Shown piece after piece: positions 6,812 through 16,238 of a DNA stretch of 25,148 nt. A program made the translations under genes and the position numbers. Source of the DNA: a virus (taxonomy: Duplodnaviria > Caudoviricetes). The stretch is taken from IMG/VR virus record IMGVR_UViG_3300032245_000717, positions 1 through 25,148 of that record; one strand, written 5' to 3'. Positions within the stretch are counted from its first letter, which is position 1, and every line of letters begins with the position of its first letter. A model generated the notes under the pieces. The model had not been told where the DNA came from. It made no database searches and worked only from the letters and a program-made list of their open reading frames with translations.

Positions 6812-7981
6812 ATGGCAACAGTAGGCGTTAATGGATGGCACTTCCCAAGTTACTCGGACTCTCCCGACGTTCCTAGGGATCTTGGCATCTTGGGAACAGA
6901 CATAGCGACATTCATTGCAGCAAATCCTGGCCCGCAGGGAGCAACAGGACCTTCAAACGTCATTACAGTTGCCGCAACAAATACTATTAGTCCTGGACAA
7001 AACGCATCAGTTACTATTAGCGGAACATCTCCTTCTCAAGCATTAACTTTTAATATACCAAGAGGAGTAGATGGTGTTCTCGGAGGACCAGGTCCAGCAA
7101 ATGTATTAAGTGTTGGAACAGTTGCATCAGGAGCCGCTGGTACGCAACCAATAGTAACAATAACTGGAACCGCTCCTTCACAAACAATAAACTTTACAAT
7201 TCCTTCTGGCCCAGCGGGCGCAACTGGTGCAACAGGTACTACTGGTGCTACTGGACCTAAAGGTGACGCAGCAGCAACGATATCAGTATCTCCAACAGTT
7301 GTTACGGGTGCTGCTGGAACAAATGCAGCAGTAACAAATTCTGGAACATCTAGCGATGTAGTTTTAAACTTTACAATTCCTCGTGGAGCAGATGGAGCCC
7401 CAGGCGCAAAAGGAGATACAGGAGCAACAGGAGCAGCTGGAACAAATGCAAACATAGATCCAATTGCTACAAGAATTTCCCTGCAGTCTATGATATCTTC
7501 ATCCACTGGAGTAAACTCAAACTGGTATCCACTTTCTAATAATTTATATTCAATAGGTCAACCTATAGATGTTGCCGTAAATGCTACTTCAAATAGATTT
7601 TGGAAAACAATATATTCAAATACTGGAACAATAAATAGTTCTGATGAAAGATTAAAAACTGAAATTGCAAACTCTAACCTAGGACTTGATTTTATCAATA
7701 AACTAAATCCAGTCAGTTACAAATTTATAGAAGGCGGAAAAAAGATAGTTGATGAAGAGATTATATCCGTACCAGGAACTAGAATACACTATGGATTAAT
7801 TGCACAAGAAGTAAAATCTGTTTTAGATGAAGCTAATGTTGAAGATTTTGGTGGGTGGGTACTAATAGACAAGGACAGCCCAGATTCAGAACAGGCGTTA
7901 AGATATGAAGAATTTATTTCTCCTTTAATTAAAGCAGTACAAGAGCTTACAGCAAGAGTAAAAATACTAGAAGAGCAGTAG
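6812..7981 (+). CDS. Tail fibre-like protein with collagen-like Gly-X-Y segments and a C-terminal S74 intramolecular chaperone
   Basis: GPAGATGATGTTGATGPKGD and GADGAPGAKGDTGATGAAG, three ~50-aa repeats ending in F[NT]IP[RS]G, and SSDERLKTEI...LNPVSY...HYGLIAQEV...LIKAVQELTARV. Confidence 0.85.
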   Translation: MATVGVNGWHFPSYSDSPDVPRDLGILGTDIATFIAANPGPQGATGPSNVITVAATNTISPGQNASVTISGTSPSQALTFNIPRGVDGVLGGPGPANVLSVGTVASGAAGTQPIVTITGTAPSQTINFTIPSGPAGATGATGTTGATGPKGDAAATISVSPTVVTGAAGTNAAVTNSGTSSDVVLNFTIPRGADGAPGAKGDTGATGAAGTNANIDPIATRISLQSMISSSTGVNSNWYPLSNNLYSIGQPIDVAVNATSNRFWKTIYSNTGTINSSDERLKTEIANSNLGLDFINKLNPVSYKFIEGGKKIVDEEIISVPGTRIHYGLIAQEVKSVLDEANVEDFGGWVLIDKDSPDSEQALRYEEFISPLIKAVQELTARVKILEEQ

Positions 7982-7988
7982 GTCCAGG

Positions 7989-9836
7989 ATGTCATACGCA
8001 AGAGTAGTCCTAAATGACCACCCAACATCATTTTATCTTTTAGACGAAGTAATATCTGGAACAACAGTTTCTTACGATGCACTTAAAACTCAATATGCCA
8101 CCTATGCTGATTTAAGAGATAATGGTGTTTCATATGCCAATCTTGGAGGAGCGGTTATATATGACTACTCTGGAAATTCTAATAATGGAGTTTCTTTTAA
8201 CTCCTCAAATGCAGTCCTAATGCCATTAGTTCCTGGATCTATATCTGGAACTAAAATGAATTCAGATACAAAAATTATATATGACACACCAGGAATGGCA
8301 ACATCTGTATACAAAAATAATCCGTTCTCTATAGATTTTTGGTTTAAGCCACCTCAAGTTTCAACGCAAGAAATACCATTAGTTTTTCATACATATACTT
8401 TAGATCAGAAAACCTATAAAGTTGGAGTAACATATAAAAATGGCAACGTGCTTTTTTATATTGGATCTTCTATTGCGATTGCTAAAATAGAAAAGACTTC
8501 AGTTTCTTATATTTCTGCTGTATACAACGGCTCTGCAATAATTCTATATGTAAATGGAATTGTTAAATCAACAAAATCTATTGATGAGACCTATCCATTT
8601 TCTAACCCAAATGTATCTTTTATGAGCGGTCCGTCTAATGAAGCAGAACCTTTTGTTATAGACTGTGTTGCATTTTATAGATACGTATTGTCTGAAGCAC
8701 AAATAAAAAATCATTATTTATCTGGATCATATGAATTAAATCATTTGCAAATTGTTGAACCTGACGGAGGAATTCTTTTTACATTAAACCATTCAAAAAT
8801 ATTGCCAGTAAAACAATACTATTATCCATCTTCAACAAAATGGTCAGATGTAATTAATGATAATGCCGTACTATCTACTGATCACGACTACATAACTTTT
8901 CAGAAAACTGACACTGAAGAGGCAGCGTCATTTAGCTTCACAGAAGAAATCCTAATACCGTCTGGCATTGGAATAAACAGCTCTCAGCTTACATACTACC
9001 CAGATATTGAAAACATATCTGTTAAAATTAGCCTTGACGGATTAACTAACTGGAGGCAATGTGAAAATAATAAATCTCTTCCGTATATAACAAAAGATGA
9101 TTTGACAACAAGCGAACGTGTCTATATTAAAGTCACTATGTCATCAGATGATACTTCCTTTGATATCCCTAGATTGGAGACACTATCAATAGATCTTTTT
9201 AATAACATAGACTATTATGCAGACAATTCTGGAGATAGAATATACTCAGACAAAGACTATGATCTATCTAGGTATAATGAAAGAATCCTTTCGTATAACA
9301 ATAATAATGGACTTTCAATGCATAGCACTGGCGGATTTAATATTGAGTCATCTACCTCATCAAAAACCATAGAAATGATATATACCCCAGGCTCTGGCAA
9401 AAATGTACTATTTGCAAATGGCTCCAAGATATTTGAATGGTCAGCGGATGGTACTATTAATAAAAGCGGAATCTCAAGCGTATACGTAAATGGGAATAAT
9501 GTTACATCCCAGACAAATTGTTCAAGTTTTTTCACGGTAGGATTCCCACACCATGTAGTAATAGTTCTATCATCCAGTACTTCTGGGATAATTAAAATTA
9601 ATCAAAATGTGGCTGGAACATCTTATGGGGTAGGATCTAAATATAATAATTTAGCTATATACCAAAACGACCTTACTCAGGCCAAGATATTAAACCACTA
9701 CAACTACTATATTGGCAATTGGTCAAATTCTGTAGGGTCAGAAGCCCTTTCAATTCAGGAATCTGCATCTGGAAATGACCTAACAGCATACTCAATCTAT
9801 TCTATTGAATTGTCTGGTTCAAATATAACCATTTAG
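7989..9836 (+). CDS. LamG/concanavalin A-like lectin-fold virion protein (two LamG-like domains)
   Basis: DYSGNSNNG, FSIDFWFKP, YISAVYNGSAIILYVNG and IDCVAFYRYVLSEAQIKNHY. A second copy has HHVVIV...NNLAIYQNDLTQAKILNHY. Confidence 0.72.
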   Translation: MSYARVVLNDHPTSFYLLDEVISGTTVSYDALKTQYATYADLRDNGVSYANLGGAVIYDYSGNSNNGVSFNSSNAVLMPLVPGSISGTKMNSDTKIIYDTPGMATSVYKNNPFSIDFWFKPPQVSTQEIPLVFHTYTLDQKTYKVGVTYKNGNVLFYIGSSIAIAKIEKTSVSYISAVYNGSAIILYVNGIVKSTKSIDETYPFSNPNVSFMSGPSNEAEPFVIDCVAFYRYVLSEAQIKNHYLSGSYELNHLQIVEPDGGILFTLNHSKILPVKQYYYPSSTKWSDVINDNAVLSTDHDYITFQKTDTEEAASFSFTEEILIPSGIGINSSQLTYYPDIENISVKISLDGLTNWRQCENNKSLPYITKDDLTTSERVYIKVTMSSDDTSFDIPRLETLSIDLFNNIDYYADNSGDRIYSDKDYDLSRYNERILSYNNNNGLSMHSTGGFNIESSTSSKTIEMIYTPGSGKNVLFANGSKIFEWSADGTINKSGISSVYVNGNNVTSQTNCSSFFTVGFPHHVVIVLSSSTSGIIKINQNVAGTSYGVGSKYNNLAIYQNDLTQAKILNHYNYYIGNWSNSVGSEALSIQESASGNDLTAYSIYSIELSGSNITI

Positions 9837-9857
9837 TGTAATTCTTTGTACAAAATC

Positions 9858-9886
9858 TGGACTTTGGTATCAGATAATGGTATGAT
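9858..9886 (+). promoter_or_regulatory. SigA-like promoter for the head module
   Basis: TGGACT (9858-9863), 17 bp spacer, TATGAT (9881-9886) with an extended TG. ATG 9895 lies 8 nt downstream with no SD. Confidence 0.55.
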
Positions 9887-9894
9887 TATGGTCT

Positions 9895-10233
9895 ATGGAT
9901 ATCTTAAAGAAAAATACTAAGATTGTCGAAGAGACGACCTTGGGCATATATGTGTGGATGATGCCAGACGGCAGATGGATTGGAGATGACGATGGTAATT
10001 TTCTTTCGATCACGTCAATCAAAGGCAATAGATCCAGAATCGATGCTTTGGCTAGAGAAGTTCGCTCATATGGTATTTATGAGGGCGAACCCAAATTTCT
10101 ATCTGGGCGCAGAAAAATCAATGACGAAGAGCTCGCAGAGCAAGAGCAAAGACTTAAGTGGGGACTCCCACCAGACCCATACGATATCGGAGTCTACAAA
10201 GACTCAGTCCTCAGAGGCGGTAATGTACAATGA
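9895..10233 (+). CDS. Hypothetical protein coupled to the portal gene
   Basis: 112-aa ORF with an ATGA overlap into the portal gene. No family recognised. Confidence 0.7.
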   Translation: MDILKKNTKIVEETTLGIYVWMMPDGRWIGDDDGNFLSITSIKGNRSRIDALAREVRSYGIYEGEPKFLSGRRKINDEELAEQEQRLKWGLPPDPYDIGVYKDSVLRGGNVQ

Positions 10234-11819
10234 CACGCAAAGTTGAATTTATGGAAGATGAAAACTCATCAAATACAATTGATATCTCAAATACCTCAGA
10301 CTGGTTTCATTTTCAAAAAGCAGAGGAAACAGAAGATCCATTTAAGATAGGCTTAGAAGAAATTAAAAAGCTTAGAGGATTAGGTACAAACTTTAAGCGC
10401 AAAATTAATCGTGATTTCTCAAAAGCGTTTGTTGGAATATCTGGAGTGGGCACACAGCAGAATCTGCTACAGCAAGCAATTAGTGGATATGCATTATTTG
10501 ATCTAGTAGAACCAACATATAACTTAGAATACCTTTCAAAAATTTATGAAGTCTCTACGTACAACTATGCAGCAATTAATGCTAAGGTTTCAAACATTGT
10601 TGGTCTAGGATATATGTTTACAGAAACATCAAAAGCAAAAGATGCAATGGATGCTATAACTGATCAAAAGCAGGCAGATAGAGCTCGTTCAAAAATTGAT
10701 AGAATTAAAACTCAACTAGATAAATGGTTGGACGATTGCAACGAAGAGGAATCATTTACAGAGACCCTGATAAAGGCCTACACAGACCTTGAGGCAACTG
10801 GAAATGGGTACATAGAGATAGGACGTACCACTGCTGGAGATATAGGCTATATCGGCCATATACCAGCTAAAACAATGCGTGTACGCAGATTCCGTGATGG
10901 ATTCATCCAGCTTCTTTACGGAAAAGCAGTCTACTTCCGTAACTTTGGAGATCTTGAAACACCAAGCCCAATTGCTGGACAAGAAGATCGACCAAATGAA
11001 ATTATACATTTAAAGAAATATACTCCTATGAATAACTATTACGGGGTCCCAGACATTATTGCAGCGCAACAAGCACTGGCAGGAAATGAATTTGCTGGAA
11101 GATATAACTTAGACTATTTTGAAAATAAGGCGGTGCCAAGATATATTATTACAGTAAAGGGAGCAAAACTTTCACCAGAGTCAGAAAGAAAGCTTCTTGA
11201 ATTCTTCCAAGTTGGACTAAAGGGTAAAAATCATAGATCCCTATATATCCCACTTCCAGCAGATACACCAGACTCAAAGACTGAATTTAAGATGGAGCCA
11301 ATTGAAGCAGGCGAGCAAGAATCTTCATTTAATATCTATCGTAAATCTAATAGAGATGAAATTCTTTTGGCTCACCGTGTTCCAATCAGCAAAATTGGTA
11401 TACCAGAAGGAATTAACCTTGCTGCTGCTAGGGATGCTGATAAGACATTTAAAGAGCAGGTTTGCCGTCCATCACAAGATAGACTTGAAAAGAAATTGAA
11501 TTATTTAATTGCAGAAAAGACAGATGTTGTGCAATTAAAGTTTAACGAATTAAGTCTTACTGATGAGGAAACTCAAAGCCGTATTGATGAAATTTATTTG
11601 AGAATGCAGGTTATTACCCCTAACGAAGTTCGTCTTAGAAAGAATATGACAACTGTTGAAGGCGGAGACGAAATGGTGGATTTAAAGCCCCAGCAAGTAG
11701 CCGATCAAAAAGCAAAGTCAACTGGTAATAAAAAGCGAGACCAACAAAGGTCCGCAAATGCCCCAGATAAAAGCGGAGAAGCCAGAAACCCCAAGGGCGA
11801 CGGTCCAAAAGTCAAATAA
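10230..11819 (+). CDS. Portal protein (HK97/PBSX-like)
   Basis: DLEATGNGYIEIGR, HIPAKTMRV, NEIIHLK...YYGVPDI, YFENKAVPRYII, EILLAHRVPISKIG and VITPNEVR, located upstream of the protease and capsid genes. Confidence 0.92.
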   Translation: MTRKVEFMEDENSSNTIDISNTSDWFHFQKAEETEDPFKIGLEEIKKLRGLGTNFKRKINRDFSKAFVGISGVGTQQNLLQQAISGYALFDLVEPTYNLEYLSKIYEVSTYNYAAINAKVSNIVGLGYMFTETSKAKDAMDAITDQKQADRARSKIDRIKTQLDKWLDDCNEEESFTETLIKAYTDLEATGNGYIEIGRTTAGDIGYIGHIPAKTMRVRRFRDGFIQLLYGKAVYFRNFGDLETPSPIAGQEDRPNEIIHLKKYTPMNNYYGVPDIIAAQQALAGNEFAGRYNLDYFENKAVPRYIITVKGAKLSPESERKLLEFFQVGLKGKNHRSLYIPLPADTPDSKTEFKMEPIEAGEQESSFNIYRKSNRDEILLAHRVPISKIGIPEGINLAAARDADKTFKEQVCRPSQDRLEKKLNYLIAEKTDVVQLKFNELSLTDEETQSRIDEIYLRMQVITPNEVRLRKNMTTVEGGDEMVDLKPQQVADQKAKSTGNKKRDQQRSANAPDKSGEARNPKGDGPKVK

Positions 11820-11836
11820 GTTTAATCAACTGTTAT

Positions 11837-11865
11837 TTGCGTTATAGTAGATAAACCACTAAAAT
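11837..11865 (+). promoter_or_regulatory. SigA-like promoter, probably leaderless
   Basis: TTGCGT (11837-11842), 17 bp spacer, TAAAAT (11860-11865). ATG 11873 lies 7 nt downstream with no SD. Confidence 0.6.
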
Positions 11866-11872
11866 TAACCAT

Positions 11873-13237
11873 ATGAACATTGAAAAAGGCCATTGGTCTA
11901 GTAATGGCGACAACTTACATTTGTCGATTCCGTTTACTAAGGTCAACCGAGAAAATAGAACTGTATCTGGTTTTGCAACATTAGATAATGTTGACCAGAC
12001 AGGAGATGTCGTCACAGCAGAAGCAAGCATAAAAGCTTTCGAAAACTTTAGAGGCAATCTCCGTGAGATGCATCAGTCAATTGCAGTTGGTAAAGTTGTT
12101 TCATTTAAGCCAGAAACATACTACGATCAAAAGTCTCAAACTTTTTACAATGGAGTTTATGTAACTTCATACATTTCAAAGGGTGCACAAGATACTTGGG
12201 AAAAAGTTCTTGACGGCACTCTTTCTGGTTTTTCAATCGGCGGAAAGATTAAAGAGTCTGATAATGAAGTTAACAAAGCAACAGGAGAGGCAGTAAGATT
12301 TATCAAGGACTATGACCTTGTTGAACTTTCAATTGTCGACTCACCAGCAAACGAGCTATGTAACATTTTTTCAATTGAGAAAGTTAATGGAAAGATGATA
12401 TACAAGGGTCTTGCTACAAATATAGTAACAGAAAATATTTTTTATTGCGAAGACAGCGACTCAGTGTTTATGTCTACAGAAAAAACTTTTGATTCACCAA
12501 TATCTGGAAAACCAACTGCGCTAATCGGTTGGGTAGAAAGTTCAGACATTAATAAGTCAAAAGAAATAGATAAAATTCTTGCTTCATTTAAGAAGTCAAG
12601 ATTACCGTTGCCTGAAACACAATTAGCAAAACAGGCAAACGTAGAAGGAGGTAATGACATGGAAAAACTTAATGTAGGTAATGATGTTGAAGTAGCTGCA
12701 GAAGCAGTTGTTGAAGCACCAGCCGAAGTTACTCCAGAAGTTGAGGAAGTCGTAGCAGAAGCTAACGATGACTCAAATGTCAATCTTTTTGACAAATCAT
12801 TGGAAGCTGTAGATTCTACAGTTGAAGATACCTCTGCCGACAACGTTGAAAAAGCAGCCGATACAGTAGAAGTTATGGTTGATGAACCTGATTTTGCAAA
12901 AATGTTAGGCGATCTCAAAGGCTTTTTCGCAGAGACACTCACAAAGGCTACAGAAGCAAATGCTGCACAAGTTACAGAAATTAAAACATCTGTTGAAGCT
13001 TTCAGCAAGAGCGTTGATGATAGAATTTCTGAGTTGGCAGAAAAGCACAGCGCACTTAGTGCAGCTGTGACAGAAATAAAGGGCACCATTGAAGGTGTTC
13101 AAAAGCAGGTTGATGCCGTAGAAGGCGATACCGCAATTAAGAAGTCCTCTGACCTTGGCGGGTCTGAGGTATTTACCAAATCAAAATCAAAATGGTCAGG
13201 AGCTTTCCTCGGTTCCGTAAATGAAATCTTTAACTAA
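11873..13237 (+). CDS. HK97-type prohead protease fused to an acidic, coiled-coil scaffold region
   Basis: VSGFAT..VDQTGDVV, LREMH (His), LSGFSIGG (Ser) and LVELSIVDSPAN. The C-terminal half is E/A/V-rich and coiled-coil-like. Confidence 0.88.
   Translation: MNIEKGHWSSNGDNLHLSIPFTKVNRENRTVSGFATLDNVDQTGDVVTAEASIKAFENFRGNLREMHQSIAVGKVVSFKPETYYDQKSQTFYNGVYVTSYISKGAQDTWEKVLDGTLSGFSIGGKIKESDNEVNKATGEAVRFIKDYDLVELSIVDSPANELCNIFSIEKVNGKMIYKGLATNIVTENIFYCEDSDSVFMSTEKTFDSPISGKPTALIGWVESSDINKSKEIDKILASFKKSRLPLPETQLAKQANVEGGNDMEKLNVGNDVEVAAEAVVEAPAEVTPEVEEVVAEANDDSNVNLFDKSLEAVDSTVEDTSADNVEKAADTVEVMVDEPDFAKMLGDLKGFFAETLTKATEANAAQVTEIKTSVEAFSKSVDDRISELAEKHSALSAAVTEIKGTIEGVQKQVDAVEGDTAIKKSSDLGGSEVFTKSKSKWSGAFLGSVNEIFN
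12659..13237 (+). CDS. Nested in-frame scaffolding protein (192 aa)
   Basis: AGGAGGT at 12646-12652 lies 6 nt before the in-frame ATG 12659 (MEKLNVGND...), exactly where the acidic region begins. Confidence 0.65.
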   Translation: MEKLNVGNDVEVAAEAVVEAPAEVTPEVEEVVAEANDDSNVNLFDKSLEAVDSTVEDTSADNVEKAADTVEVMVDEPDFAKMLGDLKGFFAETLTKATEANAAQVTEIKTSVEAFSKSVDDRISELAEKHSALSAAVTEIKGTIEGVQKQVDAVEGDTAIKKSSDLGGSEVFTKSKSKWSGAFLGSVNEIFN

Positions 13238-13258
13238 AATAAGGTAGGTGAAATAAAA

Positions 13259-14308
13259 ATGAGTAATGAATTATTAGAAAAGGCCGCAGCAGCTGGTGCA
13301 ACAGTATCAACAGGGTTCGGTTCTTCAACAGGTGGTTCAGGCGTTCATGTTGCTTCAGAAAATGGCAACGGTGGACTTCTAAACCCAGAACAATCAGCAC
13401 GATTCTTGGACTATATGTTCGATGCTACCGTAATTGGTAAGGTTGCACGTACAGTCCGTATGAAAGCTGACACAACAGAAATTGATCGTATGTCCGTAGG
13501 AGAGAAGCTTGTAAAGCTTGCATCCGAAGGCGAAAACACAGCTGCTAACAGCGGTGTTACTTTCTCAAAAATTTCTCTTTCAACAAAGAAACTCCGCATG
13601 GACTGGGAGCTTTCAACAGAGTCTCTAGAAGACAACATTGAAGGTGCAGATCTAGAAGATCACATTGCACGTATGATGGCAACACAGGCAGGAAATGACA
13701 TCGAAGATGTTATTCTTAACGGTGATACATCACTTTCAAGCGATGCACTATACAAGTCTTTTGACGGTGTAGTTAAGAAGGCAAAGACAAGCGGTCACGT
13801 TGTCGATGCTGCAGGTGCTGCAGTTTCTCGTGCAGTATTTAACTCAGCCCTTAAGGCTCTTCCACGTAAGTACAAGCAACGTCGTACAGACCTTCGCTTC
13901 CTTGCAGGATCAAACTTGATCCAAGATTACCTATACTCAAACTCACAGAACATCCAGAATGTTACTCCACAAGATATTGCTTCAGGCATCATCCGTGGCG
14001 ACGTTCCAGTTCTTGGAGGTCCAGCAGGATATGTAGCTCCATACGCATTTGGTATTCCAATCGTTGAAGTTCCATTGCTTCCTGAGACACAGACAGGTAC
14101 ATATGCAAGCCCATCAGGTTCACACGGAGATATCCACTTGACATTCCCAAATAACGTTGTTATTGGTATCAAGCGTGATGTTACTGTTTACCGCTTCTTC
14201 TGGCCACGTAAGGACTCAATCGAGTACACAATGTATACTCGTGTTGGTGTTCAAATCGAGCAGGCAGACGCTTGGGTAGTTGTAAAGAACGTTAAGGTTG
14301 CTTCTTAA
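13259..14308 (+). CDS. Major capsid protein (HK97 fold)
   Basis: GGLLNPEQSARFLD, LSTESLEDNIEG, DIEDVILNGDT and GIPIVEVP. It follows the protease/scaffold gene, has an AAGGTAGGTG SD and is followed by a terminator. Confidence 0.92.
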   Translation: MSNELLEKAAAAGATVSTGFGSSTGGSGVHVASENGNGGLLNPEQSARFLDYMFDATVIGKVARTVRMKADTTEIDRMSVGEKLVKLASEGENTAANSGVTFSKISLSTKKLRMDWELSTESLEDNIEGADLEDHIARMMATQAGNDIEDVILNGDTSLSSDALYKSFDGVVKKAKTSGHVVDAAGAAVSRAVFNSALKALPRKYKQRRTDLRFLAGSNLIQDYLYSNSQNIQNVTPQDIASGIIRGDVPVLGGPAGYVAPYAFGIPIVEVPLLPETQTGTYASPSGSHGDIHLTFPNNVVIGIKRDVTVYRFFWPRKDSIEYTMYTRVGVQIEQADAWVVVKNVKVAS

Positions 14309-14329
14309 TTAATTAAGAATTAAACTACC

Positions 14330-14361
14330 GAAAGGCCCCCAATTAATTTTGGGGGCTTTTC
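14330..14361 (+). terminator. Rho-independent terminator after the capsid gene
   Basis: GAAAGGCCCCCAA-ttaatt-TTGGGGGCTTTTC hairpin with a T-rich 3' side. Confidence 0.8.
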
Positions 14362-14376
14362 ATTTAAATTTAACAA

Positions 14377-14385
14377 TGCTATAAT
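14377..14385 (+). promoter_or_regulatory. Extended -10 promoter
   Basis: TGcTATAAT directly after the terminator. AGGAG at 14402-14406 precedes ATG 14416. Confidence 0.65.
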
Positions 14386-14415
14386 TAAAGGACCTAGAAA
14401 AAGGAGAAATAAAAT

Positions 14416-14808
14416 ATGTCGTTTGACACATTAAAGGTAGCTGAACTAAAGATAATTGCAACAGATTTTGCAGTCGATACAGAAAACCTAAAGAATAAAA
14501 AAGACATTATTGCGGCTCTAGCAGAAGAAGGCGTTACTTGGAGTGTATACCAAAGTACAGTAGAGGCAATCGAAAAAGACACAGAAGAAATTGAAATTCT
14601 TCCTAAGTTTGACCCGAAGGCTCAGCCAGAAGATACAGTCCTTGTCCGTATGACAAGAGACAACATGAGATACGATATCCATGGATATACATTTACAAAG
14701 GATCATCCTTTTGTGGCTATGTCAGAAGAAGATGCTCAAAAAATCTTTGACTCAGAGGAGGGTTTTCGTTTAGCGACACCAAAGGAAGTTCAAGACTTCT
14801 ATAACTAA
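14416..14808 (+). CDS. Small head-region protein with an N-terminal Rho-N/HeH-like helical motif
   Basis: LKVAELKIIATDFAVDTENLKNKKDIIAAL resembles helix-extended-helix motifs. Strong SD. Confidence 0.55.
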   Translation: MSFDTLKVAELKIIATDFAVDTENLKNKKDIIAALAEEGVTWSVYQSTVEAIEKDTEEIEILPKFDPKAQPEDTVLVRMTRDNMRYDIHGYTFTKDHPFVAMSEEDAQKIFDSEEGFRLATPKEVQDFYN

Positions 14809-14824
14809 ACGTTAACATAAGTTA

Positions 14825-15811
14825 ATGGCAGAAATATATAAAGATCAGACTTCACCAATAAAAACAAAAATATTTTGGGGTGGGGAACTAGTAGATGCAG
14901 ATGACGATGTTATAGCAGTAGTATATGATATTACTGAAGATAATACTATCTCACCAACAGTTAATCCAAATGTGCCAGTTGGTACATTTACTGCTACAAA
15001 ACTAGAGACCGATATGGGAACATATCAGGTTGTTTTGCCGTTATCACTATGCAGAAGAAATAGAAAATTTAAAGTAGAGTGGCGGTATGAGGTTGATGGC
15101 AATCAAGCCTCACACATATACTTCACAGATGTAGTAACTCCATATGCAAATTTATCGGACATTATTGATGATTTAAACTTTGGAACAGATACATCTGACC
15201 CAAATTATAAGTCATACCATGAATTACAGATGGCTGAGAAATATGCAAGAAAACTAATTGAGATATATACAAATCAAGTTTTTCATTTATACGATGACAG
15301 ACAAATTGTGTATGGCTCAGGTGCTGACATTTTGCCTATGCCATTTAAGATGAATCAGATACATGAGCTTTATGAAAATGATGTATTGCTAGTTGATAAT
15401 ATTAATAATATTAGTAACTGGACTTATGCGCCTATGATTTCTGAATCTGGTTTTGGAATTAGAGTCAATAGACAGCAACTAAATGATGGCATGGTCTATG
15501 TATCTAATGGGCTTGTTCCACCAACAATTAATGACTTAGGTTCTTCTGGCGCATTCAAGAAGGACTACAGATATTCTGTGCAAGGCCGATTTGGATGGTC
15601 ATCAGTACCAGACAATGTTGAAGAGGCATGCATTATATTAATTAAACAATTCTTTGATCAAGATCGTGCTTGGAAAGATAAGTACGTAAAGAACATAAGT
15701 ACATTTGACTGGAAGTTTGAGTTTATGGAAGACGCACATAGAGGAACTGGAAATCTGTACGCAGATCAGCTTCTATCACCATATGTATTGAATGGAATGG
15801 TAGCGTTCTAA
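14825..15811 (+). CDS. Head-tail adaptor (head completion protein) with an extra N-terminal domain
   Basis: PYANLSDI...AEKYARKLIEIYTNQVF and GRFGWSSVPDNVEEACIILIKQFF resemble gp6/gp15-type adaptors. Position after the capsid gene. Confidence 0.7.
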   Translation: MAEIYKDQTSPIKTKIFWGGELVDADDDVIAVVYDITEDNTISPTVNPNVPVGTFTATKLETDMGTYQVVLPLSLCRRNRKFKVEWRYEVDGNQASHIYFTDVVTPYANLSDIIDDLNFGTDTSDPNYKSYHELQMAEKYARKLIEIYTNQVFHLYDDRQIVYGSGADILPMPFKMNQIHELYENDVLLVDNINNISNWTYAPMISESGFGIRVNRQQLNDGMVYVSNGLVPPTINDLGSSGAFKKDYRYSVQGRFGWSSVPDNVEEACIILIKQFFDQDRAWKDKYVKNISTFDWKFEFMEDAHRGTGNLYADQLLSPYVLNGMVAF

Positions 15812-15812
15812 A

Positions 15813-16238
15813 ATGAGTTTAGCAACTTCATTAATGCCAATGAAGCTAGACATCTATCTTCAATTAGACACTCAAGATGAGAATACTGGAGCCATTAAAA
15901 AAGAATGGATACTTACCAGATCAGTCCCATGCTCTGCAAAAGGAATAGTTTCAAATTCTGGTTCTGGAAGAAGTGGCGACAAGCAGATATTTAATAATAA
16001 GTATTCAAATGAACAAATGCTTGAAATTAGAACCCCTGACCAAATAACATATAGAGAAAAGATTACCAATGTTAGAGATATGTCTGGCAACGTTGTTTGG
16101 AAAGAGATTAACTACCCAAATAATACACCGACAGTATTTGAGGTCATAAGCTCTACCCCGATTACCGATCCGTTTGGTAATGTTCTTGCATACAACTCTG
16201 TTGCAAAGAGATCGGAGAACCAGGAAATTGGATTCTAG
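15813..16238 (+). CDS. Head-closure/stopper protein
   Basis: 141 aa, beta-rich, with QDENTGAIKKEW. Syntenic position after the adaptor. Confidence 0.6.
   Translation: MSLATSLMPMKLDIYLQLDTQDENTGAIKKEWILTRSVPCSAKGIVSNSGSGRSGDKQIFNNKYSNEQMLEIRTPDQITYREKITNVRDMSGNVVWKEINYPNNTPTVFEVISSTPITDPFGNVLAYNSVAKRSENQEIGF

Noticed and set aside
7036-13089. Minus-strand ORFs 7036-7506 (PVAPVAP-rich) and 12442-13089 (Ser/Thr-rich)
   Set aside because: They are antisense mirrors of the collagen-like and acidic scaffold coding sequences.
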